Positions 7,999-17,832 of a DNA stretch of 33,134 bases are shown in pieces. The notes beneath the pieces were generated by a model. It ran no database searches. It had not been told where the DNA came from and saw only the letters and a program-made list of their open reading frames with translations. The DNA is taken from NCBI GenBank assembly GCA_040876345.1, contig JBBDPM010000006.1:522547-555680 (forward strand). The letters are read 5' to 3'. Position 1 is the stretch's first letter. Each line of letters opens with the position of its first letter. Both the position numbers and the translations under genes were made by a program. The DNA comes from Candidatus Woykebacteria bacterium. GTDB taxonomy: Bacteria; Patescibacteriota; Microgenomatia; Woykebacterales; RBG-16-39-9b.

Positions 7999-8871
7999 CT
8001 AGAAAAATTTGTTAAAGAAAAATATAAACTTAGCGATTGGGTTGTAGAATTTTACAAATGATCCTAGATATGTTTCTTCTTTTCCTCCAAATCCACGCTT
8101 GAAATGAGTAAAGCCTTTCCAGCTTTTGGTGGCCTTTATTCTTTCATCAAATATTCCTTCAAAATCAAATTTTTTGCAGCCTTTCTTTTTGGCAAGTTTT
8201 ATTCCCTCCCAAATAGTTAGATATGGGGCCATCAAGTCACGTCTACTCGTTGACGAGGCGGCCTCGTAGTAATAACAAACTCCATCGAAAAAAATTAAAA
8301 AAGCACCCGCCAGGATTTCATCGTCTTTTTTTGCAAAAAGCAAAGCCCTATTTTCATTTGATAAACTTTCCCAAAGCGCTTTAGAATCTTTTTCGGAAGT
8401 CCAGAACCCCTGCCTCTTGGCTGTTTCTTTGTGAAGAGCGGCGAAGGCGTCAAAATCCCTCGACTCTCCAATTTTTACCCCGTCTCGTTGCGCTTTGCGG
8501 ATACTATAGCGAGTATCCTTTTCCATGTTGGATAGGAGTGTTTCTTCTGATAGGGTTAACTCAATGGAAATTGTTTTTGTGGGTTGCAGGCTCCATCCGT
8601 CCTCGTTAAACCCTTGAAACTTTAGTTTACTTGCCAAACTTTTATCGTCCAAGCCTGTATTTGGTTCCAATTTCACAAATAGAGCCCGGGTTTCTTTGGC
8701 AACTTGATCTATTTCCTTGAAAGGAATTGGAGGTTTAATTCTTGGGATTTTGATTAGAGAGCCGGCGATGGGAAGCTTTCTGGTGTAGATATAATTTTGA
8801 TTTTTTACTACGGCCCAGCCTAATTTTTTTAAATAGGTTGCCCAAAAATCTGATTGACGAACGTCTATCAT
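7999..8871 (-). CDS. FemAB/FemX-family peptidoglycan bridge aminoacyltransferase (tRNA-dependent GNAT)
   Basis: RQSDFW, LFVKLEP, TRYSIRKA, APYLTIWEGIKLAKKKGCKKFDFEG, GFTHFKRGFGG. Confidence 0.88.
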   Translation of the reverse strand: MIDVRQSDFWATYLKKLGWAVVKNQNYIYTRKLPIAGSLIKIPRIKPPIPFKEIDQVAKETRALFVKLEPNTGLDDKSLASKLKFQGFNEDGWSLQPTKTISIELTLSEETLLSNMEKDTRYSIRKAQRDGVKIGESRDFDAFAALHKETAKRQGFWTSEKDSKALWESLSNENRALLFAKKDDEILAGAFLIFFDGVCYYYEAASSTSRRDLMAPYLTIWEGIKLAKKKGCKKFDFEGIFDERIKATKSWKGFTHFKRGFGGKEETYLGSFVKFYNPIAKFIFFFNKFF

Positions 8872-8906
8872 GTTTTTATTTTAGCTTAAACTGGGGAAAA
8901 AGTTTA

Positions 8907-9560
8907 CTATTTGAGGATGTAAAGATCTGTGTAGCGGGCGCTCCACCAGCCAGTTTTGATATTATCAAAGCCAAGGTCAACTATATTTCCTTTAATTGCG
9001 CCACCTGTGTCCCCAGCGATAGCCTTACCATATCCTGGGACATAAACTTTAGAGCCAAGCGGTATTACCTTTGGATCAACGGCGATAACTCCGTAGCCGG
9101 CTTTTAAACCGAGCGCTGTAGTAGCGTTGCATCCTGAACAGTTTGGATCGTAAGAGGTGGCAAACACTCGCAGTTTGTTTTTAAATTTAAAGTTTTTTGG
9201 GAGAGTCTTGCTGGAGTTATTAATTGCCGGGCTCAAGGTAGCCGGGCTGTCTGGGCCCTTGACTGCCCCCAGAGGTGAGCTTTTTATATAGTTTGGTCCA
9301 CGCAGCACCTTTTCTTCTATCTTCGTCAGCTCCGTTTTAAGCGGGCTAAAGTAAGTGTTAAGAGCTGATAAGTTGCGAAGAGTAGGGTCGATTTTAACTA
9401 CCTCCGGTCCGGAATTAATACTTACTTGGGTAAGCAGAGTCGCCGCCAGCAAAAAAGAAGTACCCACTAATTTTGTTGGGGTTCGGGCAAATATTAAAGT
9501 TGAAATATTTTTAGTGGCAGAGAAAGTTTCGCCCACCGCGCCTGCCAGACGGGGAAGCAT
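8907..9560 (-). CDS. 3D-domain cell-wall protein (MltA-like C-terminal domain)
   Basis: ATSY...TALG...VIAVDPKVIPLGSKVYVPGYG.AIAGDTGGAIKGNIVDL. Start codon uncertain. Confidence 0.88.
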   Translation of the reverse strand: MLPRLAGAVGETFSATKNISTLIFARTPTKLVGTSFLLAATLLTQVSINSGPEVVKIDPTLRNLSALNTYFSPLKTELTKIEEKVLRGPNYIKSSPLGAVKGPDSPATLSPAINNSSKTLPKNFKFKNKLRVFATSYDPNCSGCNATTALGLKAGYGVIAVDPKVIPLGSKVYVPGYGKAIAGDTGGAIKGNIVDLGFDNIKTGWWSARYTDLYILK

Positions 9561-9632
9561 AGATATAATGATAAAGTTATTAGGGGCCCGAGTAAAGTTG
9601 ACATGGGGTGTTACAATCCCAATCTAACATCT

Positions 9633-11480
9633 TTAGAATCTGATTGGTATTATGAGTTCCTTAGGTATATCTAAAATAAACCGGGAAGGGGCGCCTTCGG
9701 TTCTAGTTCCAAAATACAGCCTGTTTTGTGTATAAGTTAAGTAGAGCTGATCTTTAGCTCGAGTTATTCCAACGTAACATAGTCTTCTCTCCTCTTCCAA
9801 TTCATGAGTGTCAGTTAGTGATCGACTGTGGGGGAACAAGCCTTCTTCCATACCCACGATAAAAACTATGGGAAACTCCAGGCCCTTGGCAGAGTGCAGG
9901 GTCATTAGGGTTACGGCGCCTTTTTGCTCATTTTCAATTTTTCTAGAACCTTTTGGTAGGTATTCTTTCTCGACCAAAGCCACATTTTCTAAAAAGTCTT
10001 GTAAGTTTGGAAACTCAGCCGCCACGCTTTTTAGTTCTTTCACATTTTCCACTCTGGCAGCTCCTTCCAGTGTTCCATCGTCCAAATGGTCTAAGTATCC
10101 AATCCCACTTTGAATAAGATCAATCGTGTCGATCGTTGGCAGAGAAGCGCTTTTTTCTCTGAAATTCTCGAGAAGATTATTGAAACTTTCAACCTTTGGA
10201 TTACTTGAGTCTTTTAAGGCCGCCGGTCCTATACCACGAGGTGGCACGTTAACTATTCGCTTGAAGCTTATCTCATCCTTGGGGTTTGAGAGAAGTCTTA
10301 GGTAAGAGACAAGATCTTTTATCTCCCTTCTCTCGTAAAACCGGGTACCGCCTACCAAAACATAGGGAATAGCGGATCTAAGGAGGGCTTCCTCTAAAAC
10401 TCGGCTCTGGGCGTTTGTTCTATAAAGAATCGCAAAACTTTTTAAATTAAAATTCTGGTTTGTGTGGATAAGCTTTTCGATGGTCCTTATTACGAAACTC
10501 GCTTCTTCAAGCTCGTCTCTAGACTCATAAAGTACAAGAGGAATCCCTTCCTGGTTGTCAGTCCATAGGTTTAGTACTGGGTGAGAGCGGTTTTTGGATA
10601 TCACTGAGGTGGCCGCGGCCAGGATCTTTTTGGTACTGCGGTAGTTTTGCTCAAGGTTGAAGATCTTTCCTTCTGGGAAATCAGTCGAAAAATTTAAAAT
10701 ATTTCTAAAATCCGCTCCGCGCCAGCCGTAAATTGCTTGGGCCGCGTCCCCAACGATAAATAAATTCCTTTCTTTTTGAGCCAAGATTTTAGTGAAGGTG
10801 TATTGAGCTTTGTTGGTGTCCTGATACTCATCCACCAAAATGTATTTCCAACGCTGTTGATATTTTTCGAGGACTTCTGGATAGTTTTGGAAGAGCAAAA
10901 CAACCTGAAAAATCAAATCCCCAAAGTCTAAAGCTTGATTTTTGTGTAAGGCTTTTTGGTATTCGTTATAGACCCGGGAGACAATTTCTTGGAAATAGCC
11001 TCTTGCAAAGCCTTGGTATTCAGCCGGTCCAATCAGCTCATTTTTGGTGCTTTCAATCGACCCGTTTATGGAGCCGGGCGAGAAGTTTTTTGTATTAATA
11101 TCAAGCTCTTTCATAATATCTTTTACTAGTCGAAGACTGTCATCATCATCAAAAATGGTGAAATTTGGGGAAACGCCGATATGACCACCAGATTCTCTTA
11201 ATATTTTGGCGCAGATGGAGTGAAAAGTGCCCATCCACAAAGGGGTGGTCTTCACCAGGCCGCGGATTCTTGTCTTCATTTCTTTCGCGGCTTTGTTGGT
11301 AAAGGTAACCGCTAAAATATCCCCTGGAGCCACTCCTAGACCATCAATAAGATAGGCTATTCGGTGAGTGATCACTCGCGTTTTTCCAGATCCAGGGCCG
11401 GAAAGGACAAGAGTTGGACTACCCGTGTATTCAACGGCCTGCCTTTGCGCCGGGTTTAAACTATTCAGAATATCTTTCAC
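9633..11480 (-). CDS. pcrA: ATP-dependent DNA helicase PcrA/UvrD
   Basis: SGPGSGKT, TFTNKAA, LVDEYQDTN, LEQNYRST, LYRTNAQSR, LMTLHSAKGLEF, EEERRLCYVGITRA. Confidence 0.95.
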   Translation of the reverse strand: MKDILNSLNPAQRQAVEYTGSPTLVLSGPGSGKTRVITHRIAYLIDGLGVAPGDILAVTFTNKAAKEMKTRIRGLVKTTPLWMGTFHSICAKILRESGGHIGVSPNFTIFDDDDSLRLVKDIMKELDINTKNFSPGSINGSIESTKNELIGPAEYQGFARGYFQEIVSRVYNEYQKALHKNQALDFGDLIFQVVLLFQNYPEVLEKYQQRWKYILVDEYQDTNKAQYTFTKILAQKERNLFIVGDAAQAIYGWRGADFRNILNFSTDFPEGKIFNLEQNYRSTKKILAAATSVISKNRSHPVLNLWTDNQEGIPLVLYESRDELEEASFVIRTIEKLIHTNQNFNLKSFAILYRTNAQSRVLEEALLRSAIPYVLVGGTRFYERREIKDLVSYLRLLSNPKDEISFKRIVNVPPRGIGPAALKDSSNPKVESFNNLLENFREKSASLPTIDTIDLIQSGIGYLDHLDDGTLEGAARVENVKELKSVAAEFPNLQDFLENVALVEKEYLPKGSRKIENEQKGAVTLMTLHSAKGLEFPIVFIVGMEEGLFPHSRSLTDTHELEEERRLCYVGITRAKDQLYLTYTQNRLYFGTRTEGAPSRFILDIPKELIIPIRF

Positions 11481-11534
11481 ACCAGTTATATTAACACAGA
11501 AAATTTACCAAATTCTTTATGATATACTGAAAGA

Positions 11535-11801
11535 ATGGTGGAACTATTGGATTTTTACGCCAATTGGTGTGGCCCTTGCAAGATAATGGAGCCGATTCTG
11601 GCGGAGATGGAAAAAGAAATGTCCGGACAGATAAGAATCACTAAAATTGATGTTGATCAAGAGCAAGATGCTATCTCAAAGTATGGTGTTATGAGTATTC
11701 CCACATATATAATCGTCAAGGATGATAAAGAAGTAGACAGATCCATCGGAGCTATTAGTAAAGAGGCCCTGGCACAGAAAATTAAATCCTACCTCTCGTA
11801 A
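11535..11801 (+). CDS. trxA: Thioredoxin
   Basis: DFYANWCGPCK active site and SIPT cis-Pro motif. Confidence 0.93.
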   Translation: MVELLDFYANWCGPCKIMEPILAEMEKEMSGQIRITKIDVDQEQDAISKYGVMSIPTYIIVKDDKEVDRSIGAISKEALAQKIKSYLS

Positions 11802-11823
11802 ACCTTTCTGGTAAAATTTATTT

Positions 11824-12828
11824 ATGAAATCCGTTAAAGAGGCATTAGTATCTGGGAAAAGGGCGGTTGTGCGTTGTGATCTGGATGACCCAATCTTAGA
11901 TAAGAAGGTAGTTGAAGATACTAGGATAAAAAGCAATATACCGACTCTTAAGTACTTACTAGATAAAGGCGCTAGTCTATTTCTTATCTCTAAATTAGGC
12001 AGGCCAAAAGGCAAAGATCCAAATTTGAGTATGAGAATTGTGGTGGACATTCTTTCCCAAGATCTCGGCGAAAAAGTGACCTTCAAAGAGGATTTAAGAG
12101 AGGAAAAACTTGCCAAAGTGACCCTTTTAGAAAACCTGCGCTTTTGGTCTGGGGAAGAGGCCGGCAGTTTAGAATTTAGTAAGAGCCTAGCATCTTTCGG
12201 CGATTTTTACGTTAATGAGTGTTTCGCAACATCACATCGGAGCGACGCCTCATTTATCGGCATCCCCAAGTTTTTACCCTCCTTTGCAGGGCTTAACCTC
12301 TTTAAAGAAATTAGTGAGTTAAATAAGGTTTTAAAAAGTCCCGAAAGGCCTTTGGTAGCAATAATTTCGGGGGCGAAGCTAGAGACAAAACTTCCGGCCA
12401 TTAATAACTTGGCCACGATTGCAGATAAGGTTTTAGTAGGTGGAAGGCTTATGTTTGAAGTTAGTAAACAAGGGCTACCCCAAAATGTTGTGGTTGCATC
12501 CGACCACATTGACCAAAAAGACATTGGGCAAAGGTCGATCGACGCTTTTACTAAAATAATAGACAGCGCAAAAACTGTTGTGTGGAACGGGCCAATGGGG
12601 GTATTTGAAGAGGAGAAATATATGGCTGGTACCAAAGGCGTGGCGGAAGCGGTTGTGAGATCATCCGCTTACAAAATAATTGGCGGAGGGGATACGATTG
12701 CGGCCTTGGGTAAATTAGGTTTACTTGATAAGATAGACCATGTGTCCACGGGCGGTGGTTCGATGCTTGAGTTTTTAGCCGGAAAAAAACTGCCTGGGTT
12801 AGCTGCCTTAGGGTACTATAATGGCTGA
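11824..12828 (+). CDS. pgk: Phosphoglycerate kinase (compact, 334 aa)
   Basis: LGRPKG, LLENLRF, WNGPMGVFE, IIGGGDT, HVSTGGGS.LEFL.G. Confidence 0.93.
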   Translation: MKSVKEALVSGKRAVVRCDLDDPILDKKVVEDTRIKSNIPTLKYLLDKGASLFLISKLGRPKGKDPNLSMRIVVDILSQDLGEKVTFKEDLREEKLAKVTLLENLRFWSGEEAGSLEFSKSLASFGDFYVNECFATSHRSDASFIGIPKFLPSFAGLNLFKEISELNKVLKSPERPLVAIISGAKLETKLPAINNLATIADKVLVGGRLMFEVSKQGLPQNVVVASDHIDQKDIGQRSIDAFTKIIDSAKTVVWNGPMGVFEEEKYMAGTKGVAEAVVRSSAYKIIGGGDTIAALGKLGLLDKIDHVSTGGGSMLEFLAGKKLPGLAALGYYNG

Positions 12829-12851
12829 TTAAGTCATTACAAGCTTTGCTT

Positions 12852-13394
12852 ATGATTAAGAAATGGGAAATCTTAGAATCAAAGGTGATTTTTTCCTCAC
12901 CGTTTATAACTTTAAGAGAAGAAAAGTTAAAAAGGCCGGATGGTAAGATTGTGCCCTCTTACTATGCAATTGAGCGGCCTGAAGTTGCTTATATAGTACC
13001 AATTACTAAAGATAGGCGGATAGTCCTTGTGTATCAATATAAAAATGGAGTGAAAGAGTTAGTTTGGGAAATACCGGCAGGGTTCATCGATGAAGGTGAA
13101 ACTTCTTTGGAGGGAGCGAAAAGAGAGCTTCTAGAGGAGACTGGATTTGCTAGTAAGGAATTTATTAACTTGGGATCATACAGCTCTAGTTTGGGGCTTG
13201 CCAGAAACAAAAACCACGTCTTTTTAGCTAAAGACGCGGAAAAGGTTGGTGATCAGATGCTTGATCAAAACGAGGAAATTGAGGTTAAAACCTTCCCACT
13301 AGAAGAGATTATAACGGGCATTAAAAATAGACAGAGTGTTATTTTAGAAACCCAAGCCCAACTTGCTGTACTTTTGGCAGAACAAGTTTTATGA
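12852..13394 (+). CDS. NUDIX hydrolase (ADP-ribose pyrophosphatase-like)
   Basis: EIPAGFIDEGET..EGAKRELLEETG Nudix box. ATG 12852 preferred to TTG 12846. Confidence 0.88.
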   Translation: MIKKWEILESKVIFSSPFITLREEKLKRPDGKIVPSYYAIERPEVAYIVPITKDRRIVLVYQYKNGVKELVWEIPAGFIDEGETSLEGAKRELLEETGFASKEFINLGSYSSSLGLARNKNHVFLAKDAEKVGDQMLDQNEEIEVKTFPLEEIITGIKNRQSVILETQAQLAVLLAEQVL

Positions 13395-14107
13395 AACCAC
13401 TCATCATTGCCAACTGGAAAGCGGCTAAAACAATTAAAGAGAGTGTCGAATGGGTTAAGGAAGTTAAATCTGATCTTGAAGAGGTAGATTATGCCGAAAT
13501 TATTATTTGTCCCCCGTTCACTTCTTTACCGTTTGCAGCTTCTCTATTTAAAGATACAAATGTGAAAGTTGGAGCTCAGGATGTATCTAAATTCGAAAAA
13601 GGAGCCTACACTGGAGAAGTAACCGCGGAAATGCTGGAGGGTTTAGTCGACTATTGCATAGTTGGTCATTCCGAGAGGCGGAAATATTTTGGAGAGGAAG
13701 ATGATGATATTGTCCAGAAAGTCAAAAATCTCCTTAAGTATTCGATAACTCCCATACTGTGTGTTAGTAACCTCTCTCAGCTAGATTCGTATCTTGAAAG
13801 AGGCAGGCTAATAATTGATGAGGCCCAAAAAATAGTTTTCGTTTATGAACCACCCTCCGCGATCAGTGGCGGTGGAATCTATCATCCAGAGAGTCCTAAG
13901 GAGGCCAGCGAAAATGCGGGCAAGATTGCCTTAAAGATCGGTAAAAAAGTGACAACTATTTACGGCGGTAGTGTAAATCCAGAAAATGTGGGCAGCTTCT
14001 TTGCTGAAGAAAATATAGAAGGAGCCCTTATCGGACAGGCAAGTCTTGCGGCCGAGACATTTTTAGACCTACTCAAAGCAGCAAAATTGGGTAGTGTGAT
14101 AAAATAA
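13391..14107 (+). CDS. tpiA: Triosephosphate isomerase
   Basis: ANWK, GAYTGEV, VGHSERR, VYEP, YGGSV. Confidence 0.93.
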   Translation: MKPLIIANWKAAKTIKESVEWVKEVKSDLEEVDYAEIIICPPFTSLPFAASLFKDTNVKVGAQDVSKFEKGAYTGEVTAEMLEGLVDYCIVGHSERRKYFGEEDDDIVQKVKNLLKYSITPILCVSNLSQLDSYLERGRLIIDEAQKIVFVYEPPSAISGGGIYHPESPKEASENAGKIALKIGKKVTTIYGGSVNPENVGSFFAEENIEGALIGQASLAAETFLDLLKAAKLGSVIK

Positions 14108-14144
14108 CTTCCCAAAGTCCGTAATTAATTATTAGACTTTCACG

Positions 14145-15302
14145 ATGAGATACGTTGATCTTGGGGTTCTCCCCTATAAAAATAAACAAAAAAGTCGAAA
14201 AAATAAGATACTAAAATTTAGTATTTTGACTTTATTTTTAGGCATAATTATTTATGGAGGTTACTTATTCTATTGGCCAATCTCGAAACTTATTGGCGAG
14301 CTAATTCATCAGCCAGGACTAGTCTTCTCGTTGATAAAAAACCCTCAGGGAGAACTTGCCTCTACTGATGGGAGAACAAATGTTCTCCTTCTGGGAATAG
14401 ACAAACGCTCTAACGTCCCCTACGCCTACAAAGATTATCAAGGTGTTAGTAAAAAAAATGGATTCTTAAGCGATACCGTAATCGTTCTCTCCATTGGTAA
14501 GGAAACAAAAGATGTGGCGATGATATCTATTCCGAGAGACACTTGGGTCGATATACCTTCCTGGGAAGGTTATGGTGGCGGAGAGGGTAAAATTAATTCA
14601 GTTTATTCAATCGGAAATACCCAAGAATACCCTGGAGGGGGATTGGGTTTAATAAAGAAAGTGGCCGCTGATAAGTTGGGAATCACTATCCATTACGCTG
14701 CCAGGATAGATTTTGAAGGATTTAAAAAAGCCGTCGACACTCTAGAAGGCATAGAAGTTGATGTTGAGCGGTCCTTCGACGATTATAAATATCCAATTGA
14801 AGGTCAGGAAAAAGCACTGTGCTCTGATAGAACATTTTCTTGCCGATTCAGACACGTCCATTTTGATACTGGAGTCCAAAAAATGGATGGGGAAAAAGCC
14901 CTAGCGTTTGTCCGCTCTCGGACTGGTACCAACGGAGAAGGTAGTGATTTTGCCAGGGCCGCAAGACAACAAAGGGTTCTAATGGCTTCCCGCAGCAAGG
15001 CCCTTTCTTTAGAAAACCTTCTAAATCCAGCCAAAATTAATGCTTTATTTAGAGATTTTGGGGAGTCGGTCGAAACTGATTTTAGCCTGACGTTGTACCC
15101 AGCTGCCTACAGCTTAATTAAAGATACTAATGTAAATTCTGCGAAAAAACTTGTTTTTGACTCTTCCAAAGAGGGCCTTTTATACACTCCAAACCCCTCT
15201 TCTTATGGTGGAGCCTACGTTCTTTTGCCAGAGGGTGGTTGGAGTAAAATACAGTCTAGAGTCAAAAGTTTCCTTTACCCGCCCGAGGCGCCTAAACAAT
15301 GA
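14145..15302 (+). CDS. LCP (LytR-CpsA-Psr) family cell-wall phosphotransferase
   Basis: N-terminal TM helix; NVLLLGID, SDT, ISIPRDTWV, KIN, ALAFVRSR, SDFARAARQQ. Confidence 0.92.
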   Translation: MRYVDLGVLPYKNKQKSRKNKILKFSILTLFLGIIIYGGYLFYWPISKLIGELIHQPGLVFSLIKNPQGELASTDGRTNVLLLGIDKRSNVPYAYKDYQGVSKKNGFLSDTVIVLSIGKETKDVAMISIPRDTWVDIPSWEGYGGGEGKINSVYSIGNTQEYPGGGLGLIKKVAADKLGITIHYAARIDFEGFKKAVDTLEGIEVDVERSFDDYKYPIEGQEKALCSDRTFSCRFRHVHFDTGVQKMDGEKALAFVRSRTGTNGEGSDFARAARQQRVLMASRSKALSLENLLNPAKINALFRDFGESVETDFSLTLYPAAYSLIKDTNVNSAKKLVFDSSKEGLLYTPNPSSYGGAYVLLPEGGWSKIQSRVKSFLYPPEAPKQ

Positions 15303-15943
15303 AATACGTTGTTCACGGTGATGATATAGTCGCCTCAAGAAGATACGTTAGTTCCTTAAAAAAAAATTACCAAAACTCTTATTTACTCGAAGGTGAAAAA
15401 GGCTCATTAGAAGAAATTTATCAACAGCTTTTAAATGAGCCCTTATTCGATGAAAAAACGCTTGTCATTGTTGAAAACTATTCTGGATCAGATAAAATAT
15501 TTGAAGATACCTACCCAGTCGATGTAGTTTTTTGGTGGTCCAAAACTCTTTCCAAAGTACCCAGAGCCGATAAGTCCTTTTACTTCAGAGATTCAAACGC
15601 CTTTGGTATTTTTAAGCTCGCCGACAGTATTGGTGAGAAGAAGCTGGGGCCCTCATTACTTTTGTTAAATAAATTGTTTGATGAGAGAGTACCACCGGAG
15701 AAAATAATTTCAATCTTGGCGAGACAGTTGAAGCTAATTAACCAAGTTTTGTACGGGGATGTCGAAAGAGTAAGTTCTAGTGAATTCGTAAAACAGAAGT
15801 TGAAGAATCAGGTCAAACTTTGGAATCTAAAAAAACTTCAGAGGGCATTTTTAGCTACCTTTCAAGTTGATTTATTAATCAAGGCCGGGAAAATAAAACC
15901 TCAACCGGCTTTGACTTTCCTCACCGTCAAACTTTGTAGTTAG
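15299..15943 (+). CDS. holA: DNA polymerase III delta subunit-like protein (shortened)
   Basis: PLF..KTLVIVEN, IFKLADSI, C-terminal DLLIKAG; holA-rpsT-lepA neighbourhood. Confidence 0.72.
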   Translation: MKYVVHGDDIVASRRYVSSLKKNYQNSYLLEGEKGSLEEIYQQLLNEPLFDEKTLVIVENYSGSDKIFEDTYPVDVVFWWSKTLSKVPRADKSFYFRDSNAFGIFKLADSIGEKKLGPSLLLLNKLFDERVPPEKIISILARQLKLINQVLYGDVERVSSSEFVKQKLKNQVKLWNLKKLQRAFLATFQVDLLIKAGKIKPQPALTFLTVKLCS

Positions 15944-15946
15944 TAA

Positions 15947-16132
15947 TTATTTGGGGCTTTTTTCTAAATCTTCGATTAATCCAGTGTCAAGGGTGGGGTT
16001 CAGTAGCTCAATCTGCTGTTGAGTGGCTTGGGGTATTGTGGATTTGAAAATCACTTGGGACAGAATTAGCACCATGAATGTTACAACGGTAATTAGGGTC
16101 AGTGTCAAAAGTGTAGTTAGATTTCGCGACAT
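15947..16132 (-). CDS. 61-aa single-TM protein downstream of pilO (PilP position)
   Basis: ATG 16132 directly follows the pilO stop; MSRNLTTLLTLTLITVVTFMVLIL...PTLDTGLIEDL. Confidence 0.7.
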   Translation of the reverse strand: MSRNLTTLLTLTLITVVTFMVLILSQVIFKSTIPQATQQQIELLNPTLDTGLIEDLEKSPK

Positions 16133-16133
16133 A

Positions 16134-16796
16134 TTATTGCGCTCCTTCCGCCTCCTGGCTAGTTTGGTTTGAAGTTCCACTATTGTTAGCGGGAGCCGTT
16201 TGGGCTTGAGGAGCAGTTTGCCCTCCAAGATAGTATGCACTAGCCTGAATGCCAACAGATACTTGGGATTGGTCACCACCAAGCACCGCGGTAGAGACTT
16301 CCGTTGTTCTTATTAAAGTTTCAAGTTGAGTTAGAAATTTTTGGATATTTGCAAATTTACCTTCAAAAGTTGCTGAGTAGTCTATCTGCTTGATGGTTAA
16401 ATTCTGCTTGTTCTCTGGGAGAGATAAAGGAACAGCCGAAAACTGGATACCCGCCATGTTTAACTGGTTAGCATTAGCGGCGTTCTCTATTTGTTTTATA
16501 TAATCTTCGATTGCTGATCCTGTTGGTAAGGCTTGATCCACTATCGAAAGCCTGTCCTTAATATTATTGTAATTAGATTCGGCCTCTTCAAGAGCTACTA
16601 TTTTATCCTTAAGCTTTTGTTCCACCACCTTGCCATCCGAGATTTCTTTATTTAATTTTAAAATATGGTTTACCGCTGGAAAAATCATCACAACTAAAAT
16701 AATTAAAAGTCCAAGTGTTAAGCCGATGCTTAGGTAACTTTTTTGCACCGGAGTTGTTTTACTGTATCGGTTTAATACTCTATCGTAAAATTGCAT
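16134..16796 (-). CDS. pilO: Type IV pilus assembly protein PilO-like
   Basis: TM helix, coiled coil, then ALP...G.FANIQKFLTQLE.LIR domain; follows pilN. Confidence 0.8.
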   Translation of the reverse strand: MQFYDRVLNRYSKTTPVQKSYLSIGLTLGLLIILVVMIFPAVNHILKLNKEISDGKVVEQKLKDKIVALEEAESNYNNIKDRLSIVDQALPTGSAIEDYIKQIENAANANQLNMAGIQFSAVPLSLPENKQNLTIKQIDYSATFEGKFANIQKFLTQLETLIRTTEVSTAVLGGDQSQVSVGIQASAYYLGGQTAPQAQTAPANNSGTSNQTSQEAEGAQ

Positions 16797-16805
16797 ATGT
16801 AGCCT

Positions 16806-17432
16806 TTACTGACTCCCAGTTCCTTGCTGGGTTGTTTGTTCATTGGTAGCTGGGACCGGCGTGTTAAATAAGGATCTTTCTACAACAGCGCTTGCAGACA
16901 AGGTAAATTTCGGATTGTTAGCTGATGGAGAGTTCAGACTGGTTATCTCCAAGTCATGGATCTTATCGGATCTATTAAATGAGTTTATCAAAGTTTGTAG
17001 CTGCGATGCGGTTGGGAAAGATCCAGAAAATGTAACTCCAGTTTCGCTAAGTTCAAGTTTTTCGAGGGTAAGACCTTCGGGTAAAAGGCGATTAAACTCT
17101 TGGATTATTAGGTAGTTATTTACATGTTTTGCGCGCAAGCCCTTGATATTATCAAGCTTTTTTTGAACTTCTCTAAAGGTCGCTTCAAATTCAGATTTTG
17201 AATCTATTCTTCCCTGCGCGTTTTTTATGCTATTGTTAAGATTGTTTTTATCTACCGTCAATTTTAAGCTTAAACCAAATGTTACAAGAGCAACTATTTC
17301 GGTTGCAATTATTAAATAGCGCCCAATTGTGAGAACCCAGTGGATAGTTTCGCCAAACGTACCCCCAAGCTCCTCCTTTGGCATTAAGTTTATATTGAGT
17401 TCAGAAGGTTGTTTCTGGGCAGAACGGGCCAT
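16806..17432 (-). CDS. pilN: Type IV pilus assembly protein PilN-like
   Basis: N-terminal INLMP (PilM-binding INLLP motif), TM helix, coiled coil, LLPEGLTLEKL. Confidence 0.82.
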   Translation of the reverse strand: MARSAQKQPSELNINLMPKEELGGTFGETIHWVLTIGRYLIIATEIVALVTFGLSLKLTVDKNNLNNSIKNAQGRIDSKSEFEATFREVQKKLDNIKGLRAKHVNNYLIIQEFNRLLPEGLTLEKLELSETGVTFSGSFPTASQLQTLINSFNRSDKIHDLEITSLNSPSANNPKFTLSASAVVERSLFNTPVPATNEQTTQQGTGSQ

Positions 17433-17469
17433 CGCCTTTAGTATAGCATTACTTTTAAGAGATTGACAA

Positions 17470-17754
17470 TCATGGTCGAGTCTTAGTGGATTTTTTCTTC
17501 GAGGACTTCTTAGGTTGGTTTAACTGAGCCTTCCTTGTTATAGACGACTTTCGGCGGGAGGCGGTCTTTTTATGAATTAAGCCTCGCTTTGCGGCTTTGT
17601 CCAAAAGGGATTGGGCTTTTTTTAAATCTTCCAGAGATTTTTTTTCTAAGGCGTTTTTGATCGCCGATTTTAATTCTGCAATGCGCTTTCGGTTAGATTG
17701 TCTTCTTTTCTCATCCTGGCGCATCTTTTTAATTGCTGATTTTGTTAAAGGCAT
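17470..17754 (-). CDS. rpsT: 30S ribosomal protein S20
   Basis: KSAIKKMRQ...N....LDKAAKRGLIHKKTASRRKS. Confidence 0.95.
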   Translation of the reverse strand: MPLTKSAIKKMRQDEKRRQSNRKRIAELKSAIKNALEKKSLEDLKKAQSLLDKAAKRGLIHKKTASRRKSSITRKAQLNQPKKSSKKKSTKTRP

Positions 17755-17832
17755 AATGACTCTGTATTAAGTGGAAGTATATTAACAGAATATTGAGAGC
17801 GATTCAAGTAGCTGATATACTTAACTTCACTT

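Noticed and set aside
16133-16282. N-terminal 50 aa of track ORF 15947..16282
   Set aside because: It overlaps pilO in another frame; ATG 16132 right after the pilO stop is the plausible start.
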